NCBI GenBank assembly: GCA_046754105.1
Contig: JBHHVD010000002.1
Span: 7,551-71,550 of the forward strand
From: Candidatus Krumholzibacteriia bacterium
GTDB lineage: Bacteria > Krumholzibacteriota > Krumholzibacteriia > WVZY01
Direction: 5' to 3'
DNA length: 64,000 nt
The notes below the pieces were generated by a model. The model was given only the letters and a program-made list of their open reading frames with translations, was not told the DNA's origin and did no database searches. Shown in pieces: positions 1 through 9,353 of the stretch (position 1 is the stretch's first letter; the number at the start of each line of letters is the position of its first letter). The position numbers and the translations under genes are program-made.

Positions 1-1
1 T

Positions 2-517
2 TTGTACTATCGTTTGAAAGTCGTGCCGCTTCGCGTGCCGCCGCTGCGCGAGCGGAGCGCCGACCTGCTCAACTTCGTGAAGTATTTCATGAATGTTTTC
101 AACAAGAAATTCAATAAGGACTTCACCGAAATCGACGCCGCCGCGCAACAAGGCATGCTGTCCTACGATTGGCCCGGGAACATCCGCGAATTGAAAAACT
201 GTATCGAGCGCGTCATCCTGCTCGAAAAGGGCCCGGTACTGGAAGCCCGGCATCTTCCTTTCTCCGCCGGCGCGAGGGAAGAACACAGCCTTGGCCGCAA
301 GCTCGATCGCATCCTCGCACAGCCGATACCGGAGGACGGCGTCGATCTCGAAGAGCTGGTTGCGGAGCTGGAGAAGGAGCTGATCGTCAAGGCATCCGAG
401 CAGAGCGGCTGGAACCAGAGTAAGACGGCCCGTCTGCTCAACCTCAAGCGCGATAAGCTGCGCTACCGGATGAAGGGCTACGAGATGGGCGACAAGAAGG
501 AAGTGACGACCAATTGA
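2..517 (+). CDS. Sigma54-dependent (NtrC/Fis-family) transcriptional regulator, C-terminal part (5' truncated by window)
   Basis: YYRLKVVPLRVPPLRER and YDWPGNIRELKNCIER AAA+ motifs; Fis-type HTH WNQSKTARLLNLKRDKLRYRMK. Confidence 0.93.
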   Translation: MYYRLKVVPLRVPPLRERSADLLNFVKYFMNVFNKKFNKDFTEIDAAAQQGMLSYDWPGNIRELKNCIERVILLEKGPVLEARHLPFSAGAREEHSLGRKLDRILAQPIPEDGVDLEELVAELEKELIVKASEQSGWNQSKTARLLNLKRDKLRYRMKGYEMGDKKEVTTN

Positions 518-1008
518 AATGGATCTGGATCGTGGTGACGGCCTGCGTTGTGAGCGGAGGCTGCGGTTACAGCACCAGTTCAAGGACGGCGAAGGGGATC
601 AAGTCCATCGCCGTCCCTTTTTTTGAGAACCGCACCGCCGAGCCCAACCTGGAAATCAGCGTTACCGAGAGAATCATCGACAATCTCCTGGAGGACAATA
701 CCCTCAGAGTGGTCGATGAGGCCGACGCGGACGCGTTGCTCGAAGGCTCCATCGTCATTTTTGAGAACACACCCTTTTCGTTCAACCGCGATCTCAATGC
801 GGAGGAGTACCACGTCATCGTCACGGTCGAAGTAACCCTGTTCAGCCGGACGCTGAATGAACCGATATGGGAGAAGAAGACGATCAAGGGCGACGCGTCA
901 TATTTCCCCGACGAATCAATAAACGGGATCACATTTGACGACGCGCTGGAGGAAGCGGTAAAGGAAATCACCGAGCGCATTCTTAACCTCACCGTTCAGG
1001 ACTGGTAG
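514..1008 (+). CDS. lptE: LptE-family LPS assembly lipoprotein
   Basis: Lipoprotein signal (VSGGCGY), SIAVPFFENRT motif, C-terminal ILNLTVQDW; sits upstream of holA. Confidence 0.8.
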   Translation: MKWIWIVVTACVVSGGCGYSTSSRTAKGIKSIAVPFFENRTAEPNLEISVTERIIDNLLEDNTLRVVDEADADALLEGSIVIFENTPFSFNRDLNAEEYHVIVTVEVTLFSRTLNEPIWEKKTIKGDASYFPDESINGITFDDALEEAVKEITERILNLTVQDW

Positions 1009-1012
1009 GCCG

Positions 1013-2074
1013 ATGGGCAGAACGCTTCAGCGGTACAAGAAACTCTTCGAGGATCTCAAGAAATCCCCGCCCGGGCGGGTATACTTCCTCTACGGACCCG
1101 AGGAGCACATCAAGAAGGAGTACGTCGGCGAGCTGATGAAGCGCACGCTTCGGGACGAGAACCAGGCTTTCAACCTCGACGTCCTGCACGGAGATGAATT
1201 CGAGCGCGAGCGATTCGATGACCGCATGAGCTCGTTTCCGCTCTTTACCGAGCGCCGCATGATCGTAGTGAAGAAGTTTGAGGCGCTGCCCCTGGCGGGC
1301 AAGGACCTGATCGTGGAGAGAATCGGCGCCGGCCTGCCGGAATCCGTCGTGCTGGTGGTCGAATGCGGCAACGACAAGCTCGACTCGGCGCGGCTAAAGA
1401 AAATCGACAAGCTCGCCACCGCACACGGCGTGTCCTTTCGCTTCCAGTTTCTCTCGGATGAGGAGACCGTCGAGCGCATCAAGTCCCGGCTGCGGCGCGA
1501 AGGAAAGGCCATCGATCCGCCGGCCCTCGACCTGCTCGTTACGTCGGTGGGCACGCACCTGACCGATCTCAACAACGAGTTGGACAAGATCGTGCTCAGC
1601 AGCGGAGACGAGAAGGCGATCACGCGGGAACTGGTGGCCGAAGTCGTGGGCAAGTATCGCACGGAGAACATTTTTGCGTTCCTGGACGAACTGGGCGGCG
1701 ACGTAGGCCGTGTGATCCGCAAAGTGAACCGGGTGATCGACGGTGGGGAAGAGCCGGTGTTCGTCATGGCGCTCCTGACCCGGCGGGTGCTTCAGCTCAT
1801 GCAGGTTCAGGCACTGCTCGCGGAGCAGGGAGCCCGCCTGCGCTCGCCGCGCGCGATGGCGGATCGCATCGGCGGCTACGTGAGCCCGTTTCAGGCCGGC
1901 CGGCTGCTCGACCAGATCGGTCGCTTCGATGCCGGCATCCTCAAGACCTACCTCGAGAACCTGCGCTGGGCGGATATCAAACTGAAATCGACTTCGCTTC
2001 CCGCCCGCAGTGTGATCGAGACCTCGCTCCTCGCCTCCTCGGTAAGAAAAACGCTTGCCCTCTCCGCAAATTGA
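1013..2074 (+). CDS. holA: DNA polymerase III subunit delta
   Basis: VYFLYGPEE N-terminus, PLFTERRMIVVK, LNNELDK, ADIKLKS motifs; lptE-holA synteny. Confidence 0.9.
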   Translation: MGRTLQRYKKLFEDLKKSPPGRVYFLYGPEEHIKKEYVGELMKRTLRDENQAFNLDVLHGDEFERERFDDRMSSFPLFTERRMIVVKKFEALPLAGKDLIVERIGAGLPESVVLVVECGNDKLDSARLKKIDKLATAHGVSFRFQFLSDEETVERIKSRLRREGKAIDPPALDLLVTSVGTHLTDLNNELDKIVLSSGDEKAITRELVAEVVGKYRTENIFAFLDELGGDVGRVIRKVNRVIDGGEEPVFVMALLTRRVLQLMQVQALLAEQGARLRSPRAMADRIGGYVSPFQAGRLLDQIGRFDAGILKTYLENLRWADIKLKSTSLPARSVIETSLLASSVRKTLALSAN

Positions 2075-2094
2075 TTATATAAATCAACTTGCGG
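2055..2094 (+). promoter_or_regulatory. Putative sigma70 promoter (TTGCCC-17-TATAAA) overlapped by inverted repeat CCGCAAaTTGATT-ATATA-AATCAAcTTGCGG
   Basis: AT-rich 12/13-bp inverted repeat 2064-2094 upstream of the thioredoxin gene. Confidence 0.5.
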
Positions 2095-2172
2095 TTGCCC
2101 CCGGGCGCCGGCGCGGCCATCGGCCGCTTGCAGATCACATCGAGCGTAGCATGAAACGGAGACGATAACGGC

Positions 2173-2502
2173 ATGTGTCCAGATAAGTTAACTCCCTTAT
2201 CCGATGATGAGTGGGACGAGAAGGTCCGCCGAGGCGACCGGGCGGTCGTCGTCGATTTCTGGGCCCCGTGGTGTGAGCCGTGCACGCTGGTGGATCCCAT
2301 CCTGGAGAAGCTGGCGGCGAAGTACGAGGGCAGCGTGGAGTTCCTCAAGATGAATATCGACGAGGAAAAGGCGGTGCCGAGCAAGTACGCCGTGCGCAGC
2401 ATTCCAACAATTCTATTCTTCAAACAGGGCAAGATCAGCAATCAGATCATCGGCGTCGAAACCGAAGAGGCCATCGAGAAAGCGATCCAGGAGCTGCTCT
2501 AG
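2173..2502 (+). CDS. trxA: Thioredoxin (WCEPC active site)
   Basis: VVVDFWAPWCEPC, VRSIPT cis-Pro motif, 109 aa. Confidence 0.9.
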   Translation: MCPDKLTPLSDDEWDEKVRRGDRAVVVDFWAPWCEPCTLVDPILEKLAAKYEGSVEFLKMNIDEEKAVPSKYAVRSIPTILFFKQGKISNQIIGVETEEAIEKAIQELL

Positions 2503-2535
2503 CCGGACGCTCCCGGGACCGCCGCGGAGGACCGT

Positions 2536-2760
2536 GTGAAAGACGGCGAATGGCGAATCAATGCAAGGGGGCTCTCGAACCCCGGTCCCCGGCTGATGGT
2601 CGAGAGCGCCCTCGCGCGGGCGGGCGACCGGCCGCTGCGAGTGGTCGTCTCGGAGCCGGAGGCGGTGGATGACCTGAAGGCGTATTTCAAAGAGCTCGGG
2701 CGCGCGTGCGTCGTCGACCAGATCGGCGAAGAGTTTCACCTCCTGGTCGCGTCCCCCTGA
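2536..2760 (+). CDS. TusA/SirA-like small protein lacking the catalytic Cys
   Basis: INARGLSNPGP matches (L/I)DxxGLxCPxP except C->N; 74 aa; GGAGG Shine-Dalgarno before GTG. Confidence 0.7.
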   Translation: MKDGEWRINARGLSNPGPRLMVESALARAGDRPLRVVVSEPEAVDDLKAYFKELGRACVVDQIGEEFHLLVASP

Positions 2761-2800
2761 AGCGAATAGCCGGATTCCCCTTTTATTCCATTCCATCACC

Positions 2801-5290
2801 ATGAGCAAGTATCCGTACAAGACGATCGAGAAGAAGTGGCAAGAACGCTGGGCGCGCAGAGGGCTCATGCACAATGACCTCTCGGAGAGGGACAAGAAAT
2901 ACTACTGTTTAATGATGTTCCCGTACCCGTCCGGAGAGCTGCACGTGGGACACGGCCGCAATTACGTCATTGGGGACGCCCTCGCCCGCCTGAAAATGAT
3001 GGAGGGGTATCGTGTGCTCGCCCCGATGGGATGGGACGCGTTCGGCCTGCCGGCGGAAAACGCCGCGCTCAAGGAAGACGTCCACCCCGCCGTCTGGACC
3101 CGCGAGAACATCCAGCGCATGAAGGACCAGTTTTACCGCTGGGGCGTGGTGTACGACTGGCCGCGCGAGATCGCCTCGTGCGAGCCGGAATACTACCGGT
3201 GGACCCAGTGGTTGTTCGTCCAGCTCTACAAGAACCGCCTGGCGTACCGCAAGGCGGCCTCGGTCAACTGGTGCCCGTCGTGCCGCACGGTCCTGGCCAA
3301 CGAGCAGGTCGTGGCCGGCGCCTGCGAACGCTGCGGGACGGAAATCGAAGACCGCTTTCTCGAACAATGGTTTTTCAAGATCACGGACTTTGCCGATTCG
3401 CTGCTGGACGACCTGGAGACACTCGAATCATGGCCCGAGCGCGTGGTGCAGATGCAACGCAACTGGATCGATCGCAGTGAGGGCACCGACATCGTGTTCG
3501 CGATAAAGGACAGCGAGCGGCGTGTCACGTGCTTCAGCACGCGGCCGGACACGATCTTCGGGGCCACGTTTCTCGTGTTGTCGACGGAGCATCCTCTAGT
3601 CGCGGAGTTGATCGCGGGAGGCGAGAGGGAAGCGGAGGTCAGCGCTTTCATAGACAAGGAACGCGCCCGCAAGAGGACCGGCGACGCGAGAACCGAGCCG
3701 GGAAAGGAGGGTGCATTTACCGGCCGCTACGCGTTGAACCCGATGAACGGCGAAGAAATGCCGATTTACGTCGCCCCGTACGTGCTTATGGAGTACGGGA
3801 CCGGTTCGATCATGGGCGTGCCGGCGCACGATCAGCGGGACTTCGAGTTCGCCCGCGCCTACGACTTGCCGATCCCGGAGGTGGTGCGGCCGCGTGACGG
3901 GCGCTCGTGCCTCCCCGAGGCGGCCTACGAAGGCAAGGGCACCCTGGTAAACAGCGGCGAGTACGACGGCGAGAGCAGCGACTCGGCGTTCGAGAAGATC
4001 AGCGCCCGGCTCGAGAAGCAATCGGCAGGGAAGCGCAAGGTCAACTACCGCCTGCGCGACTGGCTCGTGTCTCGCCAACGGTACTGGGGGGCGCCGATCC
4101 CCATGGTCCATTGCGGGGCCTGCGGGACGGTGCCGGTGCCCGAGGAGGACCTGCCGGTCCTGCTGCCCGGCGACGTGGACTTTCGGCCTCGCGGCGACGG
4201 CAAGAGCCCACTCGCGACGAGTGAGAGTTTTGTAGAGGTGAATTGCCCCGAATGCGGCGCCCGGGCCCGGCGCGACACGGACACCATGGATACGTTCGTC
4301 GATTCGAGCTGGTATTTCCTGCGGTACTTGAGCCCCCGAGACGGCGCGCGCGCGTTCGACTCCGGCCTGGTCGATTCGTGGCTGCCCGTCGACCAGTATA
4401 TCGGCGGTGTCGAGCACGCCATCCTGCACCTGCTCTATGCGCGTTTCGTCACCAAGTTCCTGAACCGTATCGGGCTGGTGTCGTTCAAGGAGCCCTTCGG
4501 GCGCCTTTTCACGCAGGGCATGATTTGCAAGGACGGCGCGAAGATGTCGAAGAGCAAAGGCAACGTGGTCAGCCCGGATCCTATCATCGACAACTTCGGG
4601 GCCGACGCCATGCGTCTCTACATCCTCTTCGCCGGACCACCGGAAAGGGATACCGAGTGGCGCGACGACAGCATCGAAGGCTGCAGCCGCTTCATAAACC
4701 GCGTCTACCGCTTGTACGATTCGCGCAGCGAGAGCGTTAATGCGTCGCTTAACATGCAGGTCGACGCCGAAGCACTCGACGACGCCGAACGCGCGCTGCT
4801 GCGCAAGACCCACTGGGCGGTACTCAAGGTACGCAAGGACCTCGAAGACACCTTTCATTTCAACACGGCCATAAGCGCCACCATGGAGTTGGCAAACGAA
4901 ATGAGCGCTTTTCGGCCCGGCGAAACCCTCGAGGCCGGATCGAGCGCCGCAGCCGTCTACGCCTTCGCCATGGACGCGCTCGTGCGTCTGCTCGCTCCGA
5001 TGACGCCGCACGTGTGCGAGGACCTGTGGGAGCGCATGGGCCACGCGGAAAGTATCTTCCACACCGCGATGCCGCAGGCGGACGAGGCATTCGCCCGGGC
5101 CGAGACCATCACGCTGGTGATCCAGATCAACAGCAAAATACGCGCGCGTGAAGAGATCGCCGCCGGCACGCCGGACGACGACCTGCGCAAGATCGCACTG
5201 GCGCACCCGCGCATTCAGGAGCTTCTGGCGGGCAAGCAGCCACGGAAAGTCCTCGTCATCCGCAACAAAATGGTGAACGTCATCGTCTAG
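2801..5290 (+). CDS. leuS: Leucyl-tRNA synthetase
   Basis: MFPYPSGELHVGH (HIGH), KMSKS, GWDAFGLPAENAA, editing domain GTGSIMGVPAHDQRD. Confidence 0.98.
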   Translation: MSKYPYKTIEKKWQERWARRGLMHNDLSERDKKYYCLMMFPYPSGELHVGHGRNYVIGDALARLKMMEGYRVLAPMGWDAFGLPAENAALKEDVHPAVWTRENIQRMKDQFYRWGVVYDWPREIASCEPEYYRWTQWLFVQLYKNRLAYRKAASVNWCPSCRTVLANEQVVAGACERCGTEIEDRFLEQWFFKITDFADSLLDDLETLESWPERVVQMQRNWIDRSEGTDIVFAIKDSERRVTCFSTRPDTIFGATFLVLSTEHPLVAELIAGGEREAEVSAFIDKERARKRTGDARTEPGKEGAFTGRYALNPMNGEEMPIYVAPYVLMEYGTGSIMGVPAHDQRDFEFARAYDLPIPEVVRPRDGRSCLPEAAYEGKGTLVNSGEYDGESSDSAFEKISARLEKQSAGKRKVNYRLRDWLVSRQRYWGAPIPMVHCGACGTVPVPEEDLPVLLPGDVDFRPRGDGKSPLATSESFVEVNCPECGARARRDTDTMDTFVDSSWYFLRYLSPRDGARAFDSGLVDSWLPVDQYIGGVEHAILHLLYARFVTKFLNRIGLVSFKEPFGRLFTQGMICKDGAKMSKSKGNVVSPDPIIDNFGADAMRLYILFAGPPERDTEWRDDSIEGCSRFINRVYRLYDSRSESVNASLNMQVDAEALDDAERALLRKTHWAVLKVRKDLEDTFHFNTAISATMELANEMSAFRPGETLEAGSSAAAVYAFAMDALVRLLAPMTPHVCEDLWERMGHAESIFHTAMPQADEAFARAETITLVIQINSKIRAREEIAAGTPDDDLRKIALAHPRIQELLAGKQPRKVLVIRNKMVNVIV

Positions 5291-5334
5291 TGCCGCGGGG
5301 GAGATTTGGCGGCGGTGGTGGAGGTGCGGCCATT

Positions 5335-5362
5335 AGTTAACATAATATATCTTATACGACAC
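5335..5362 (-). other. dif: dif chromosome dimer-resolution site (XerC/XerD)
   Basis: Minus strand GTGTCGTATAA-GATATA-TTATGTTAACT versus E. coli GGTGCGCATAA-TGTATA-TTATGTTAAAT; intergenic; gene orientation converges here. Confidence 0.9.
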
Positions 5363-5371
5363 CCGTGGAGA

Positions 5372-5755
5372 CTAGATGAGGGGTACGCGGTCGCTGTAGT
5401 GTCCAAAGATCGGCATGATCCAGCGCTCCCCGAAGAGCGCCTTTACAAAACCCATCACGGAGAAGAACAACGCGCCGACGTAGACGACGATCTGGAGGAC
5501 GATAATGATCAACAGGCCGAGAAACGGCAGCCGGCCCACGGTGCGGTCGAGAATGAGGATGGCCAGAAAACTGGCACATTCGGCAAGAAACAGCAGAAAT
5601 GCCTGGCGGGCGTGGTAGCGGATGAACGTGCTTTCCCTTCCCTTCCACAACGCAAAAAAGCAGAAGAAGAAGAGGTACCCCCCCGCCGCGTACCACCGCT
5701 CGTGGTCGGCGAGGACGACCTTGTCGGGCCGGGTGGATTTCTCGTGTGGCGACAT
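5372..5755 (-). CDS. Small membrane protein (DUF4870/Tic20-like)
   Basis: FIRYHARQA motif, three hydrophobic segments, KALFGERWIMPIFG C-terminus. Confidence 0.75.
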   Translation of the reverse strand: MSPHEKSTRPDKVVLADHERWYAAGGYLFFFCFFALWKGRESTFIRYHARQAFLLFLAECASFLAILILDRTVGRLPFLGLLIIIVLQIVVYVGALFFSVMGFVKALFGERWIMPIFGHYSDRVPLI

Positions 5756-5830
5756 GACTCGTTTGGCGCATCAGAGCAACCCGGCAACGGCCGTCTCGAT
5801 GCCGGTCGCACAGGTCTAGCCGTTTCGTTA

Positions 5831-6499
5831 CTATCTGAGGATGGCCAGCTTTACGGCCGCCCGGCTCTTGAGCGGGCCCGTGGCGACTTCCGAGACCTTG
5901 TCGTAGAATCCCACCGCCTTCTGAACGTCGCCCGTTTCCTCCCAGAACACGCCGGCCCGGAACAACACGTCCGGGTAGCGGGTGTCCTTCGGATCCATCG
6001 TCTCAGCCAGTTCGCTCATCTGCACGGCGGCCGTTTCGAACTGGGTCAATCCCTCGTAGGCACAAGCCCTGCCGATCCTGGCGGCGACCCGGAAGGTGTG
6101 GGAATCTCTCGAGCGGTCCAGATAGCGGTCGTACGCGTCCACCGCATCCTGGTACCGGTAGAGCGACAAGTAGCACTCCCCTAGAAAATACAACGAGGTC
6201 GTGCCCGCGTCCTGTCCCGGGTGCCGGTCGGCGATGTTGAGGAACGTCGTGCTCGCCGCCTCGTAGTCTCGTAGCAGGAATTGGTCCATCGCGACGGCCA
6301 GCTGCTGCGTCGCCTCGGTCGTCTTCGTCCGCCGCGCCTGGGCCATGAAGAGCGTGATGCCGATCGCCGCCACCAGGACGACGACCCCCGTGATCACCTG
6401 GGTGAAATGCGCCTGTACGAAGGTCGACGTCCTCAGCGCCATCGTGACGAGCCGATCTTGCTTGATGTCTTTTTTCCTGAGTCGTTTCTTGGCAACCAT
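5831..6499 (-). CDS. Membrane-anchored TPR protein (YfgM-like)
   Basis: Basic N-terminus KKDIKQD, one TM segment, TPR-like helices (SLYFLGECY, ARIGRACAYE). Confidence 0.78.
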   Translation of the reverse strand: MVAKKRLRKKDIKQDRLVTMALRTSTFVQAHFTQVITGVVVLVAAIGITLFMAQARRTKTTEATQQLAVAMDQFLLRDYEAASTTFLNIADRHPGQDAGTTSLYFLGECYLSLYRYQDAVDAYDRYLDRSRDSHTFRVAARIGRACAYEGLTQFETAAVQMSELAETMDPKDTRYPDVLFRAGVFWEETGDVQKAVGFYDKVSEVATGPLKSRAAVKLAILR

Positions 6500-6699
6500 C
6501 CAGTACTAAACCCCCTAAAAATTGTAACTTACGCATTAATACCGAAGAATATCAAACAGACCGCTTTCAGGCAACCCTTTTGTCCCACCCCGGGTCAAGA
6601 AACGTATTGACACAGGCTCAGTTAGGCCATCACCCTCGATGCACGTGTCGTGCCGCGTTGCCCCGTCGCCGCTACCGGAACAGGAAGGCGGAGGTGTCC

Positions 6700-9195
6700 A
6701 TGGAACCGCTCCACGTCCGGAATTTCAGGATCCCAGTGTTCGTCTTCGTCGGCTGGATCCTGCTGCTCGAGTTCCCCGGCTCGAGCGACCTCGTCCGCTC
6801 TCCCTACTCGGGTCTGGAGACCGAGAACCTCGTCGTCCAGAACGTGCGGGCGGCGGGCCCCAACGCCGGAGCGGATATACGGCGCGGCGACGTTATTGTC
6901 GCCGTCGACGGGCGCCCCGTACGCAACTACAACCACCTCCGGCACCTGATCCGGCAAAATACCACGCACGCGCCGCAAGCCTACGCGTTCGATCGTGACG
7001 GAAAACCGGTGACCGTCCGCGTCAACTACGTTCAGATCCCGGCCTCCATCGTCTACCGACGGTTTGCGTCGCTGGTCGTCGGGTTCACGTTTCTCCTCAT
7101 GGGGCTCTTCGTCCTGCTGCGCCGCTTCGACTCGGTCGGTATTCTCTTTTCGCTCAACTGTGCCATCTTTGCGTACTTTCTCAGCGATCATCCCGTCGCG
7201 CCTTCGGCGTTCCTGCAGATCGCCACCGAGCTGTTTCAAGACGCCGTGATGCTGGCCTTTCCCGCAGTCTTTCTGCACTTTTTTCTCGTATTTCACGACC
7301 GGCCGCGGGGAATCAGCCGGCGAACCCGCGTGCGGCGCGCCGTCGCCCTCTACACCCTGCCCGTCGTGCTCTACGCCGTCAGCGCGTACTTTGCGATACG
7401 CTCGTTCCTCTTGATTTCGCCGCCGTCGGCGGCGGTCGACCTCATCCTCACCGCCTCGACGCTCTATATGTCGGCGTACCTGATCGCGTCGCTCTTTGTA
7501 TTCATCCGAAACTACCGTTCCTCTTCCCGGGCCCAGAAACAGAAGCTGCGGATCGCCATCGCCGGCACCACTATCGGCATCCTGCCGTTTCTGGCCACGA
7601 CCGTGTGGCGGCAAATTGCAACCGGCAGCAACACGCCCCTGGAGTTCATATCCGTACTCGCCCTGTCTTTCATTTCGATCTCGTTCGCTTACGCCATCCT
7701 CAAGCACGGGGCCATCGAGCTCAACATCGTGCTGCGCCGAAGCCTTGGTTACGCGTTCCTGGCGGGTACCATCGTAGTGACGTACTACGGCGTGGTCAAC
7801 CTGCTCGGTGACTTTTTGCAAAAGGAGTTCACACTGGGCTCGACCAGCTCGACGGTTTTCTCCATGATTACCATCCTCATCATTGCGCTGATCTTCGCCC
7901 CCGCGAGGAATATCATCCAGCGCGTGGTCGACAGGCTCTTCCGCAAGGATGACTACGACTACAAGCACGAGGTGCTCGAGTTCGGCCGCCGTCTGTCCAG
8001 AAAGTTGAAGAGAAAGGAGATCCGCGACTATTTCTGCGAGCGGGCCGGCACGTTGCTCGGCGTGACTTTTATCGCCTACTACACGCCGCGGACGGGTGGA
8101 GGCGAGTGGACGCTGGAACACACGTGCGGCGATGCGCCCGACCTGCCACCGCTGTTCCCTATCGACTCGCTTCTCGGCCGCTATTTCAGCCGCTACAAGA
8201 AACCCCTCATGGTGGAATACCTGGACTACTCCTGGGGCCGCCGCAACCTCGACGCCACCTCGACCGGCTTTCTCGACTCCAGCCGCGCCGCGGTGTGCGT
8301 TCCGGTGATGACCAGCGACAGCACGATCGCCGCGGTGGTTCTGGGGGCCAAGAGCTCGGGCCGGCTGTACACGCGGACCGATTCCCTCTTGCTGGAACGT
8401 TTTGCCGCGCAGCTCGCACTCGTGCTGGAAAACGCCGAACTGCACGAAGCAACGATCGAGCAGGAACGGTTGAAGAACGAGCTCATGCTCGCCCGAGAGA
8501 TCCAGTTGAGCCTTTTGCCCAAGGACTCGCCGCACCATCCGGCGATCGAGATGGAGGGCCGCATGGCGAGCTCGGACGAGGTCGGCGGCGACTACTTCGA
8601 CTATTTCGAGCTGGAAAGCGACCGGATCGGAGTTTGCATCGGCGACGTCAACGGGCACGGCGTGCCGGCCGCCATGCTGATGTCGTCGATTCAGGCCGTC
8701 TTCAAAAACCTCGCGCTCAAGGACAGAATGAACCCCTCAGACCTGGTCTCGGAGCTCAACCACTACCTGTGCGGGAGCGCCAAGAACGACCAGTTCGCCA
8801 CGTTCTTCTACGGAATCCTGGATCTGAGCGACTCGACCTTCACCTACGCCAACGCCGGCCACTGCCCCGCCCTTCTCCTCAAGCCCGCCTACGCCGACCG
8901 CCTAGGAGAGGGCGGTATGCCGCTCGGGGTCAACCGGGCACAGGTATATCGCGAGGGCACGGCCCGCGTCGAATCCGGGGATATGCTCTGCCTCTATACC
9001 GACGGTGTGACCGAGCAGACCGGTGAGAACGAACAGGAATTCGGAGAATCCGGTCTGATCGACTTTCTGAGGGCGAACAGAAACTTACCGCTTTCGCAAC
9101 TCCAGGACACGCTTTTTGCCCGGGTTCTTGACTTTGGCCAAGGCGTGCAGCACGACGACGTTACGTGCATAATCGCCCACCATAACGCCGTTTAG
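6700..9195 (+). CDS. PDZ / multi-TM / GAF / SpoIIE (PP2C) sensor phosphatase
   Basis: PDZ-like GADIRRGDVIVAVDG; many TM helices; GAF-like AVCVPV...VVLGAK; PP2C motifs VGGDYFD, IGDVNGHG, LYTDGVTE, HDDVT; GGAGG before ATG 6700. Confidence 0.88.
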   Translation: MEPLHVRNFRIPVFVFVGWILLLEFPGSSDLVRSPYSGLETENLVVQNVRAAGPNAGADIRRGDVIVAVDGRPVRNYNHLRHLIRQNTTHAPQAYAFDRDGKPVTVRVNYVQIPASIVYRRFASLVVGFTFLLMGLFVLLRRFDSVGILFSLNCAIFAYFLSDHPVAPSAFLQIATELFQDAVMLAFPAVFLHFFLVFHDRPRGISRRTRVRRAVALYTLPVVLYAVSAYFAIRSFLLISPPSAAVDLILTASTLYMSAYLIASLFVFIRNYRSSSRAQKQKLRIAIAGTTIGILPFLATTVWRQIATGSNTPLEFISVLALSFISISFAYAILKHGAIELNIVLRRSLGYAFLAGTIVVTYYGVVNLLGDFLQKEFTLGSTSSTVFSMITILIIALIFAPARNIIQRVVDRLFRKDDYDYKHEVLEFGRRLSRKLKRKEIRDYFCERAGTLLGVTFIAYYTPRTGGGEWTLEHTCGDAPDLPPLFPIDSLLGRYFSRYKKPLMVEYLDYSWGRRNLDATSTGFLDSSRAAVCVPVMTSDSTIAAVVLGAKSSGRLYTRTDSLLLERFAAQLALVLENAELHEATIEQERLKNELMLAREIQLSLLPKDSPHHPAIEMEGRMASSDEVGGDYFDYFELESDRIGVCIGDVNGHGVPAAMLMSSIQAVFKNLALKDRMNPSDLVSELNHYLCGSAKNDQFATFFYGILDLSDSTFTYANAGHCPALLLKPAYADRLGEGGMPLGVNRAQVYREGTARVESGDMLCLYTDGVTEQTGENEQEFGESGLIDFLRANRNLPLSQLQDTLFARVLDFGQGVQHDDVTCIIAHHNAV

Positions 9196-9212
9196 ACCCT
9201 CCTGGGGCAGCT

Positions 9213-9228
9213 CTGGAACGCTTCTTGC
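9213..9228 (+). promoter_or_regulatory. Putative sigma54 (-24/-12) promoter
   Basis: CTGGAACGCTTCTTGC matches YTGGCACG-N4-TTGC with one mismatch and exact GG..GC spacing. Confidence 0.6.
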
Positions 9229-9299
9229 GGCAGCCATAGATCGCAATCCACACAACACCATGAGCAGGTAAGTCGAAACCCTACCAAGGGGGGTACGTT

Positions 9300-9347
9300 A
9301 TGCGTAAGATTTGCCTTATCGATCTACTCTGGTGGTTAAGAAGGTGA
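9300..9347 (+). CDS. Candidate 15-aa peptide MRKICLIDLLWWLRR (TrpL-like leader or type I toxin-like)
   Basis: AAGGGGGG Shine-Dalgarno at 9286-9293, ATG 9300, TGA 9345-9347, tandem TGG codons; downstream hairpin. Confidence 0.5.
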   Translation: MRKICLIDLLWWLRR

Positions 9348-9353
9348 GCCATT

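Noticed and set aside
3596-8658. Long antisense ORFs (3596-5206, 6622-8658 and similar elsewhere)
   Set aside because: Shadow frames of high-GC genes with no recognisable motifs.
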